Shown: piece by piece, positions 46,538 through 54,391 of the stretch
How the letters are laid out: every line of letters starts with the position of its first letter
How positions within the stretch are numbered: position 1 is the first letter of the stretch
Source: Shigella phage ChubbyThor
Reading direction: 5' to 3' (one strand)
Sequence record: OL615013
Length of the DNA stretch: 64,000 nt
Made by a program: the position numbers and the translations under genes
Notes under the pieces: generated by a model
What the model saw: the letters and a program-made list of their open reading frames with translations, nothing else
What the model was told of the DNA's origin: nothing
The model's database searches: none

Positions 46538-48433
46538 TCAAGAAGCGGCTACGATGCCACCACCGCTTTCGACTTCGCTGAATTCCATGTCTGGTCGAAC
46601 GGCGGCGAAATCAAGATAAATCCAATTTATACTGTATTCTGGTTTCAGCCAGATACCCGCAACCATCTGGTTCGCAGCGATGATGTCGGCGGTGTTGTTG
46701 TCGGCGTCGCACTTCACCTGACCATCGTAGATCGCACCCATGTTGGCCAGCTGGCGGATATACGGGCGTACAGCGTTGCTGAACAGGCTACGAGTGAATT
46801 CATCGTTGTTCTCACCAAGGTAGTATTTGGCGATTGCTGCGATGTTCTGCTCGGCCATGATGAACAGGCCACGAACGTTGATGCGGTCAAACGCAGACGG
46901 GCGAGTCAGACCAGTCTTGTCGCCGTACAGCACGATGCCTTCGTTGGAGAAGGTGACGATGCTGTTGATCTGGTTGCGATACAGCACAGCACGCTCATCA
47001 GAAGACGCAGACCACGCCATGCGGTTATAGTTGTTGTATTTGCCACGGTTGTGGAACGCAGGGGATTTGTAGATGCCCGCGATCTCAATGCTACGTGCCC
47101 AAACACCCGCCGTACCACCACAAGCAGGGATCCAGCGCATCTTGTCGTTGTACTTGTCGTACACATACGCCCAGTTGTCGTCCATGAAGAAGTAGGAAGA
47201 GTCACGTACCAGACTTTCACGCCAGGCCACAACATCTTCCATCTCACGACCACGGTTGCCGACCACAACGTCACGCAGAGGAGACACGAAGGACACAGTG
47301 TCTTTGCGCTCGGTGGAGAGATCAATCAGCGTCTGTTGCTCAATGAGTTCTTCACAGAATGCAAACACAGGCTTGGCGTCATACGCTTCGGCATTGTTCA
47401 GGGCTTCAATGGCCGCCACACGGTTGCCAGTGTAATCGTCTACACCACCTTCGAGTTCAGTGACGCCAGCAGCCAGGGTAGTGGCGAAGGTGTACACCCA
47501 ATTTGAGGTGTCGTTGATCACGTCTTTGAAGTACGCATTGGAGCCATCGGATTTCTTAGAACCCTGAGTGGCCTGCATCAGTTCATATTTTTCGATAATA
47601 GAACCGGAAGCACCAACAGTGGTGGTCACTGCAGTCGCAGTCAGACCGTTCGCATCAGGCACGATAGCAGTCACAGCCTGAGGACCGATTGCTTTGTGAG
47701 TGACGGTGACGGTGTTGGACTTCACGACAACAGAAGAATACACGTCAGTCAGAGCCGTCAACGCAGTGCCGATTTTGGTCGCCAGGGTGGCCGGGGTGTC
47801 AGTGTCAGTGTACGCCACGTCTTCGCCAGCAACAGAGATTGAGCCTGCACCAGTAGTCGTACCGGATACAGAGATACGATCAACCTGACCAACAGCGCCA
47901 GAAGAATCTGTGATGCGACCGACTTTGTCAACGATGACGATGTGGTATTCGCCAGCCTGTGGAGCATAGGCGAAGTTGTTACGGAATTCCCAAGTCGGGA
48001 ATCCAGCAGCATCACACACGTTGATCGCAACGTCGTTACCCAGGGAGCCAGCATAGCGGCCTGTCCAGGTAATAGACGCAGATGGGGACGCGGTTTCGAA
48101 GTCCAGTTTGTTACGGATAAGGATTGCAGTCTGACCTTTGGTTACAGCGTTACGTGCCGCCGGACCGACCACACGGGTCACCCATGCAACAGAGCTGTAA
48201 GACAGGAAGTCAGCAATCACCAGGAAGTCGGTGGCAGTTGCATCGTTTGGCTTGAAGAATTTCTTCACCAGACCAGTTTCACCACCAGTGACCAACACAG
48301 GGAGTTCTGCTTCACCCCATTGGAATTTACCGACGGTCGCACCCTGAACAACAACGGATGGAGACGTCTGAAGCGTGGCATCACGCTCAGTCCACTGTAC
48401 GGACGGCGCAACGCTGAAGCTTTGAGTTGCCAT
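46538..48433 (-). CDS. 18: tail sheath protein (T4 gp18-like)
   Basis: N-terminal GKFQWGEAE matches T4 gp18 GKFQWGPA; start moved to ATG at 48431-48433 (MATQSFS...). Confidence 0.85.
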   Translation of the reverse strand: MATQSFSVAPSVQWTERDATLQTSPSVVVQGATVGKFQWGEAELPVLVTGGETGLVKKFFKPNDATATDFLVIADFLSYSSVAWVTRVVGPAARNAVTKGQTAILIRNKLDFETASPSASITWTGRYAGSLGNDVAINVCDAAGFPTWEFRNNFAYAPQAGEYHIVIVDKVGRITDSSGAVGQVDRISVSGTTTGAGSISVAGEDVAYTDTDTPATLATKIGTALTALTDVYSSVVVKSNTVTVTHKAIGPQAVTAIVPDANGLTATAVTTTVGASGSIIEKYELMQATQGSKKSDGSNAYFKDVINDTSNWVYTFATTLAAGVTELEGGVDDYTGNRVAAIEALNNAEAYDAKPVFAFCEELIEQQTLIDLSTERKDTVSFVSPLRDVVVGNRGREMEDVVAWRESLVRDSSYFFMDDNWAYVYDKYNDKMRWIPACGGTAGVWARSIEIAGIYKSPAFHNRGKYNNYNRMAWSASSDERAVLYRNQINSIVTFSNEGIVLYGDKTGLTRPSAFDRINVRGLFIMAEQNIAAIAKYYLGENNDEFTRSLFSNAVRPYIRQLANMGAIYDGQVKCDADNNTADIIAANQMVAGIWLKPEYSINWIYLDFAAVRPDMEFSEVESGGGIVAAS

Positions 48434-48475
48434 AATCTTATTCCTTCTCGGTAGAGTTTCGCTCAATTTGAAAGT

Positions 48476-48482
48476 TATTTAG
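48476..48482 (-). promoter_or_regulatory. CTAAATA late-promoter-like motif upstream of gp18
   Basis: minus-sense CACTAAATAACTTTCAAATTGAG about 43 nt upstream of ATG 48433. Confidence 0.4.
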
Positions 48483-48485
48483 TGA

Positions 48486-50705
48486 TCACCGTCTCAGCCA
48501 TTCTTCCATGGACATGCCAGAGCGTTCGTCATACACCTGAACTCCACCAAACCCTGGGATACTCTCTATAGAGTGAGGATCTGGTGTTGAAAGCACACCC
48601 CCGAAAGGTAACATCTGAGATTCTTCCATCGCAGATAATCTTCCTCTCATGTCCACAGAGATACTTGAGTTTGTGAGATCACTAAACCATTCTTGTTTCA
48701 CCGCCCATGCATAGAGCACGAGAGGCATCACACAGTCATCATGACAACCATCATCGGCTTCATACCTTGTCCCAGTCCATACGAATGTACTGAGTTCATC
48801 TATCGTGTCTTGGTCATCAACCACCAGCATCTCACGTTCGATAAGCGCCTTGAGGTTAGCACAACCATTCGAACGCACTTTCTTGTTCGTGTTGATGCCA
48901 GGCTCAGGGCGGCGGCCACCAATTCGTTTGCCAGTACCCTTCGCATCTGTGGTAGTGAAGATGATCTCCGGGTATTCAATTTCCTGATATAGAATTGTGA
49001 TCACCTGGCCACCCACGTCGTTGTTGGTTTCAACCAACATCGGACACGTGCCATACTTCTCGCCCATGTCGGCGATAGTGTATGCATACATCATTGGAGG
49101 TATCGTGTTGTTCCGATACTTGGCTGCAATCTTGTGAGGATAGTCTGTGATATCCAAGATGGTCAGAACAGAGTAATCCCCCTCCACACCTTTGCCTGTA
49201 TCGGCGATACCCATGTAGATGCGCTTCGGATCGTAATCGTGGTAGATCTTGGTGAACTCGTTCGGCTCCTGATAGAGTTTCGAGGTCATCTTGTCTAGAC
49301 ACTTGGCAGGTATCAGTGATCCTACAGAACCACGGAACTTGATACCGAATTCCTGATCGAAACGTGCATCGCCCAGCTTCGCCCTCTGTTTGGATTCCCA
49401 GTTCGGATCCTTGGTGTATGTTGGAACACGATACCATGGAACCTCTGTGAGTTTGAAGTCGTTGTATTGAGGATGCTCTGGGTTCGCCTTGGTGACGATG
49501 TCGTAGAACAACCCGCGCTGACCTTTCGGCGTACTGGTCAGGATACAACGTGATGTCTCTGCAGATGCAATCGCTGGGAATGTGGACTCCCAGAATTCAA
49601 AGTCATTTTCGATGAACGCCACTTCGTCTACATACAGAAGCGATACAGATCGACCACGGATGGAGTCAGAGGATGTCGCATAAGCATAGATCTTCGACCC
49701 GTTTTCGAATTCAATCAACGTGGAGCCGAACTTCTCACAACCCTGTTGGAGGAAGAATGGCAAATCCTGGTATGCCTTGCGGATACGGTCTAGGATTTCA
49801 ATCGCCTGCTTCTCTTTGTTCGCCAGTACCGCGATCTCTTTGTCAGAGTGGAACATCGCATACCAGAGCAGGAACGCTGCTACGACTGTCGTGTTGTGGC
49901 TGAGGAAGCCGTTGGTGTAGTAGCGCTGATCACTAGATTTCACCTGCAGGTCAAACATGTGATGCATCTCACCAGTCTGCCATACCTCAACGACTTCTTC
50001 TAGACCTTCTTCGGTCATTAGCCGTGAACCAGCAACCAGATCTTTAGCAAACACTTCCTTCATGTTCTGATTGAAGAACATGTGATCATCGGCCACGTTG
50101 ATACGACGACCACTGGAAGTGATGACAACGTACTCTTGGTACAGCTTAGTCTTGTGCGCGGCGATGACAGGCACCCAGCCTTTGTCACAGCGAACAAAAT
50201 AACGCTTGCCGAAGCGGCTGTCTACGAACTTATCGTGTTTGCCAAAGGCATTCAGTGGCTCGGCGTGATTTGGTCCCTCGAAGCGGCTGTGAAGCTCCTC
50301 GATGGTGACTTTAAACTCTTCTTGGCTGAACGTATCGTAAACCTCGACGATGCTGTCACCCTTCACACACTTACCAGACTGACGCGCCTGAACCACGGCG
50401 TTGAAGCGGTGATCCTGGAAGTCATGGAACAGCTGCTTCTGATAATCATGCATATCGAAGAGGATGAAGCCCTTATCGATGGTCGTGATCTTGTAGTAGT
50501 TGGCGGCGAAGTAATGAGCGTCCATCGCGCACTCAACGAACTCCGATTCTTGATCGTCGGTCAACATCAACTCTACACGAGGAGCACGCACAGACGGCTT
50601 GCGCATGAACGTCTGGTCCATACGCAATCTGACATCATCAATCTTGAATCCCGTCTTTATCGGGGCATATTCAATATCACGCTTCTGATACGCCATCGTC
50701 TTCAC
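48486..50705 (-). CDS. 17: terminase large subunit (T4 gp17-like) interrupted by a mini-intein
   Basis: ARQSGK then 159-aa insert then TTVVAAFLLWY, versus T4 Walker A SRQLGKTTVVAIFLAHF; C-terminal nuclease region present. Confidence 0.85.
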   Translation of the reverse strand: MKTMAYQKRDIEYAPIKTGFKIDDVRLRMDQTFMRKPSVRAPRVELMLTDDQESEFVECAMDAHYFAANYYKITTIDKGFILFDMHDYQKQLFHDFQDHRFNAVVQARQSGKCVKGDSIVEVYDTFSQEEFKVTIEELHSRFEGPNHAEPLNAFGKHDKFVDSRFGKRYFVRCDKGWVPVIAAHKTKLYQEYVVITSSGRRINVADDHMFFNQNMKEVFAKDLVAGSRLMTEEGLEEVVEVWQTGEMHHMFDLQVKSSDQRYYTNGFLSHNTTVVAAFLLWYAMFHSDKEIAVLANKEKQAIEILDRIRKAYQDLPFFLQQGCEKFGSTLIEFENGSKIYAYATSSDSIRGRSVSLLYVDEVAFIENDFEFWESTFPAIASAETSRCILTSTPKGQRGLFYDIVTKANPEHPQYNDFKLTEVPWYRVPTYTKDPNWESKQRAKLGDARFDQEFGIKFRGSVGSLIPAKCLDKMTSKLYQEPNEFTKIYHDYDPKRIYMGIADTGKGVEGDYSVLTILDITDYPHKIAAKYRNNTIPPMMYAYTIADMGEKYGTCPMLVETNNDVGGQVITILYQEIEYPEIIFTTTDAKGTGKRIGGRRPEPGINTNKKVRSNGCANLKALIEREMLVVDDQDTIDELSTFVWTGTRYEADDGCHDDCVMPLVLYAWAVKQEWFSDLTNSSISVDMRGRLSAMEESQMLPFGGVLSTPDPHSIESIPGFGGVQVYDERSGMSMEEWLRR
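49893..50369 (-). mobile_element. mini-intein (about 159 aa, no homing-endonuclease domain) in the terminase Walker A P-loop
   Basis: Insert starts with Cys (codon 50367-50369) right after ARQSGK, ends MFDLQVKSSDQRYYTNGFLSHN (block F/G-like, terminal His-Asn, codons ending 49893), followed by Thr +1. Confidence 0.75.
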
Positions 50706-51378
50706 CTTCTTCCTTCGGCTCTGCCTGAACTTCGATTACATCTTCTTCGGGATCAGGTCCTTTGGACGCAGCTTTCGCTGCAGTACGTTCTTCAGCACGT
50801 TTACGGGCGTCTTCGATGGTCTTCAGTAGATCACGGGAAGACCTGGCCTGTTTGCCGACGTTGACCGTGGTTGTACCATCAGGGGACGTGGTGACCTCGA
50901 CAGTTGTTTCGTCCCCAGGAGGTGGCTCTTTGTCGCCTGTAACAGCCTTGATGGTCTTCTGGTTCTCCATCAGGTCTTTGTTCAGACCGCGCATGAGTTC
51001 GCCCAACTCTTTGAAGACTGTGAACGCGCGGGGTGCTTCAGTCGTCGTCGCGAGTTTGGCCGCCTGCCCCATCATGAACATCGTGGCTTCCTGCATGGCA
51101 TAAGTCGTGTCACGGATGCGTTTGTAGTCGGTGGTGGCGTCCGTGTCTTCGAAGTCTGGAACCTTAGATTCCTTGGACTTCAGCTCTTCTGGGTCCAGAG
51201 AAGGAGGGAACACCACAGGCTCATACCCTGCAGGCTTTTCACCCAACCATTCGCCTGTATCCGGATCATAATCTTTTCCAGCCACAGGCGAGGTCTTCTC
51301 CATGACTTCTTGAGCGACCTCATCCCGCGCTTGGATAGCACCGAGGGTGGACAATAGGCGTTCTGACATAGCACTCAT
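50677..51378 (-). CDS. 16: terminase small subunit (T4 gp16-like)
   Basis: AMQEATMFMMGQAAKLATTTEAP resembles T4 gp16 core; overlaps gp17 start; track start is TTG, moved to ATG at 51376-51378. Confidence 0.65.
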   Translation of the reverse strand: MSAMSERLLSTLGAIQARDEVAQEVMEKTSPVAGKDYDPDTGEWLGEKPAGYEPVVFPPSLDPEELKSKESKVPDFEDTDATTDYKRIRDTTYAMQEATMFMMGQAAKLATTTEAPRAFTVFKELGELMRGLNKDLMENQKTIKAVTGDKEPPPGDETTVEVTTSPDGTTTVNVGKQARSSRDLLKTIEDARKRAEERTAAKAASKGPDPEEDVIEVQAEPKEEGEDDGVSEA

Positions 51379-51380
51379 AA

Positions 51381-52076
51381 TCAATCTCCAGGATGATGTA
51401 CACCGTCTTTGTCAACACGGAACCACTCTGGTAGTTCCGTCCACGGCGTTTTCAAATCATTAGACATTTCGATAATTATCTCTTTGATCCCGTTAGGATC
51501 CCCGCCACCACCATTGTCCACCCAATAGTCGTACCCATAGATGAAGCCGCTCAGCTGGAACATGAAGGAGCAGTCGACGTGTGGTGAATCAGAAGCATCC
51601 CCTTCCCAGTTATCGGACATCTGGTGGTTAATCAGTTGGATCTTGATCTTCTGGTCTTGCTGTAGTGTATCGTTGTCCTTGATGCCACAGTCTAGAGAGG
51701 GGGTGAATACCGAATAAACCTGCTCTAGCACCTGTAACATCTCAACCAATTTCTTGGTTCGGATATTGTACTCAAAATCGATAATCAGGGGAATTCGCTG
51801 CTTCGCCCCGGCTGTTGGCGTCGATTGTCGATTGTGGTACGTCTTCGTCACCTGTTTGTTGATTTCAAACTGACCAAAAGAGAAGGTCGCAAATGGGAGC
51901 ATGTTGGATGGCACGTTCCTGTTGAGGTCATTGCGTCTCCCGATGGCCATGTGTAATGGGACTTCCATAAGGCCACGCTCTGTGTTCACCTTCAGATCAG
52001 ACATAATGGTGGCAAACAGATTGATGTATTTCATCAATGAATCATGGTAGAAGTAATTTTCAAATGGTCTGGCCAT
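51381..52076 (-). CDS. 15: tail sheath stabiliser/completion protein (T4 gp15-like)
   Basis: N-terminal NYFYHDSLMKYINLFA resembles T4 gp15 start; position as in T4. Confidence 0.65.
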   Translation of the reverse strand: MARPFENYFYHDSLMKYINLFATIMSDLKVNTERGLMEVPLHMAIGRRNDLNRNVPSNMLPFATFSFGQFEINKQVTKTYHNRQSTPTAGAKQRIPLIIDFEYNIRTKKLVEMLQVLEQVYSVFTPSLDCGIKDNDTLQQDQKIKIQLINHQMSDNWEGDASDSPHVDCSFMFQLSGFIYGYDYWVDNGGGGDPNGIKEIIIEMSNDLKTPWTELPEWFRVDKDGVHHPGD

Positions 52077-52078
52077 GA

Positions 52079-52729
52079 TTATTCTCCAAAGTCGATCTTC
52101 ATCTTGTCCACTGCAAGCCCCTTCTCAAGCACATCCGCCAAAGCATTGTCGGTCTGCAGAGAAGAATCCTTGTACACGTCCGGTTCGTTCTCTTCGTCCA
52201 AGATGGACAGACGTTTGTCGATATCGTCGATCTCCGGAACGCCTGTATCGAAGTTTTCGTTGCCGTACTGGAACAACGTGCACGGCAGAGAGAACGTATA
52301 CCATTTGCCAAATTGCATGAAGTCTTCATCGTTGTTCGGGTTGTTGACCTTGAAGATCTTGTTCGCCAGGGGCAGGTAGATCAGGTCACCTTCCTGAGGT
52401 TGTTGTTCAATCCCAACACCGTTGCCTATCACCTCAGCAAAGCGGCGGCGCGAGATAGAGAACGTCACCTCATCCTGTAGATTAATACCCCCGAACTTCT
52501 CCCACATCTGGGTGTTGAAGCCCTGGTAATCCTGCATGTAAACTTCGATGTCGAACGCTTGGTCGAATCGATGGTTTGCATCGTTGGTGACTGGGAATTT
52601 TTCAACGATGGAACGTGGTATATACTTGACGTCTATCCCACGCAACTGAATCATTTCTTGCACCAAATCTTCAATCAGCTTCTGTGTGCCTTGGTGATTG
52701 GTGGCGTTGAAATATTTTGAAGTGGCCAT
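52079..52729 (-). CDS. 14: neck protein (T4 gp14-like)
   Basis: Position between gp13 and gp15; assignment by synteny only. Confidence 0.55.
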   Translation of the reverse strand: MATSKYFNATNHQGTQKLIEDLVQEMIQLRGIDVKYIPRSIVEKFPVTNDANHRFDQAFDIEVYMQDYQGFNTQMWEKFGGINLQDEVTFSISRRRFAEVIGNGVGIEQQPQEGDLIYLPLANKIFKVNNPNNDEDFMQFGKWYTFSLPCTLFQYGNENFDTGVPEIDDIDKRLSILDEENEPDVYKDSSLQTDNALADVLEKGLAVDKMKIDFGE

Positions 52730-52752
52730 ATCGATACCCTCAATTTTGAAGG

Positions 52753-52759
52753 TATTTAG
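52753..52759 (-). promoter_or_regulatory. CTAAATA late-promoter-like motif upstream of gp14
   Basis: minus-sense CGACTAAATACC about 24 nt upstream of ATG 52729. Confidence 0.4.
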
Positions 52760-52788
52760 TCGAAGTTTATTCTTTTGAGGAATAACTC

Positions 52789-53001
52789 ATGCAAGTGGAA
52801 GACATCAAAGAAGTTCGCAGCGGTCGTCGCGTCCGAATCATCTGTGTGGATGCCAAGATTGGAGGCGGTGATTACGACATCGTCGGTCTGGTGAAGGAAG
52901 TGGATGGCACAGACTTCATTGAGTGGTGGAACTCCAAAGACAAGACCGAAGACGGCCTGCTGCGTGGTAGTGGCAACGGAAACCTGGATTTGAAAATCTA
53001 A
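52789..53001 (+). CDS. small hypothetical protein (70 aa), plus-strand gene inside the late block
   Basis: ATG with GAGGAA SD 6 nt upstream, followed by terminator hairpin at about 53005. Confidence 0.5.
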   Translation: MQVEDIKEVRSGRRVRIICVDAKIGGGDYDIVGLVKEVDGTDFIEWWNSKDKTEDGLLRGSGNGNLDLKI

Positions 53002-53004
53002 AAG

Positions 53005-53026
53005 AAGGGCGGGGGAACCCGCCTTT
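53005..53026. terminator. bidirectional terminator between convergent genes
   Basis: GGGCGGG / CCCGCC stem, loop GGAA, U-rich flanks on both strands. Confidence 0.55.
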
Positions 53027-53028
53027 CC

Positions 53029-53781
53029 TTATCCCATATAGAAGTCAATCGGGTATTGCTGGCCAGTACGAAGTTCTTCCTCTAAACGCTCGATCTCCGC
53101 TTCAGCCTCGCTGAACATAGTATCACCATCCAGCTCAATACCGCCAGGGAGACGGATGCCTCTTGCCTTCTTCAGCACCTCTGCCCAACGGCGTTTTACC
53201 AGAGCTGTTGCATACGCCTTCAGCCACATGTCATTCCATGCTTCTTCGTTCCCTTCTACCTCGGGGTCAATGTTCTGATAACACTTGAACGCCAAAGCCT
53301 CGTCCTTTGTCAGGGCGAATTGAGGGTAGAGTTTGCGCTGGAATTTCTTGTACACGAAGGTGCGCTTCACGTTCAGCACACTGGTGATGTCGGACAGGCG
53401 CTGCTGCATTGAGACATAATCGATCAGGCGGATAGACACCAGCGCTGACTTCGGCACCAACATAGCCTGCGCCATTTGCCACTGAGGGGTTGCCCAGTTA
53501 CCGATAGATTCAATTGGTGGTCCTGGAATGACTTCGGTGACGTCGTCGATATCTTTCGGGAATTCGATGTAGCCCTTCGTGATAGTGTCGTCATCAACGA
53601 CATGGACGAAGAACGCATCCTGGCTACCGTCGCGGTGATACTCCCAGAATTTCTGTAGAGCGTCATCGACAGCGTCGGACACCTGTGATGGGTCGAGGTT
53701 GATCTGAATTACGGGTGCCCCCAATTTCTTGAGGATGTAATTCATAAACCCCTTGCGGTCTCTGATAGAATTAACGGCCAT
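53029..53781 (-). CDS. 13: neck protein (T4 gp13-like)
   Basis: N-terminal ILKKLGAPVIQINLDPSQV resembles T4 gp13 ILRRLGAPIINVELTPDQI; track start is GTG, moved to ATG at 53779-53781. Confidence 0.7.
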   Translation of the reverse strand: MAVNSIRDRKGFMNYILKKLGAPVIQINLDPSQVSDAVDDALQKFWEYHRDGSQDAFFVHVVDDDTITKGYIEFPKDIDDVTEVIPGPPIESIGNWATPQWQMAQAMLVPKSALVSIRLIDYVSMQQRLSDITSVLNVKRTFVYKKFQRKLYPQFALTKDEALAFKCYQNIDPEVEGNEEAWNDMWLKAYATALVKRRWAEVLKKARGIRLPGGIELDGDTMFSEAEAEIERLEEELRTGQQYPIDFYMG

Positions 53782-54109
53782 TGACGTTCCCCTTACCACT
53801 CTGGAGATCAGATACCGTAATCCGCAGAGTTCGCACGTCGTCGGACAGACTGCTGCTATTGAGTTTTAATTCAGCAACGTTCTGCTTGACGTAGTTGACG
53901 TCTGTGTTCAATACAGCGATCTTCTCACTCATATCGTTGACTTTGACAAGGATCTGGTCAACCTTGTTAGAATCCCGCTCAACCACATCAAGACGGTTTT
54001 CGAACTTACCCATCATCCAAACAACCGAGCCAACAGAGACTATCGCCGCCGTCAGCACCCCGGTGAGGATCGCTTTCACATCGATCACAGTGTTAGTTTG
54101 AGTTGTCAT
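53771..54109 (-). CDS. small membrane-anchored coiled-coil protein (112 aa)
   Basis: Start moved to ATG at 54107-54109 with CAGGAGG SD; N-terminal TM VLTAAIVSVGSVVWMMG then heptad-like region. Confidence 0.45.
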   Translation of the reverse strand: MTTQTNTVIDVKAILTGVLTAAIVSVGSVVWMMGKFENRLDVVERDSNKVDQILVKVNDMSEKIAVLNTDVNYVKQNVAELKLNSSSLSDDVRTLRITVSDLQSGKGNVNGR

Positions 54110-54341
54110 CTTGGCCTCCTGACGGGAGTTCAATCCCGAGGTGTTCCGCCATGAGTTGTACCGTCGCTGTCAGTTGATCGATTTGCGCTGCCTGCGCTGC
54201 AATAGTTCTGTCCTTTTCTTCCTGATTACGACGGGCGTTCAGAGCCGCTAAACCAGCAGCGCTGTCTGTGCAGATGATAGCCCCAGGGCAAGAGCTACTT
54301 CTCATCATCGATGCATGCCCCTGTACTTTTACACCACGCAT
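54093..54341 (-). CDS. small coiled-coil protein (82 aa)
   Basis: ATG at 54339-54341 with AGAGGA SD; 17-nt overlap with downstream gene. Confidence 0.4.
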   Translation of the reverse strand: MRGVKVQGHASMMRSSSCPGAIICTDSAAGLAALNARRNQEEKDRTIAAQAAQIDQLTATVQLMAEHLGIELPSGGQDDNSN

Positions 54342-54360
54342 GATAATATCCTCTGTTAAT

Positions 54361-54378
54361 GGCGGGGTTGCCCCCGCC
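54361..54378 (-). terminator. GC-rich hairpin after the large structural gene
   Basis: GGCGGGG / CCCCGCC stem, loop TTGC; no strong U-tract. Confidence 0.4.
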
Positions 54379-54391
54379 TTGGTAATACTAC

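Noticed and set aside
53771-54341. Spanin pair (i-spanin plus o-spanin) interpretation of the two small coiled-coil ORFs
   Set aside because: The second protein has no signal peptide or lipobox, so the o-spanin assignment is unsupported; reported only as small coiled-coil proteins.
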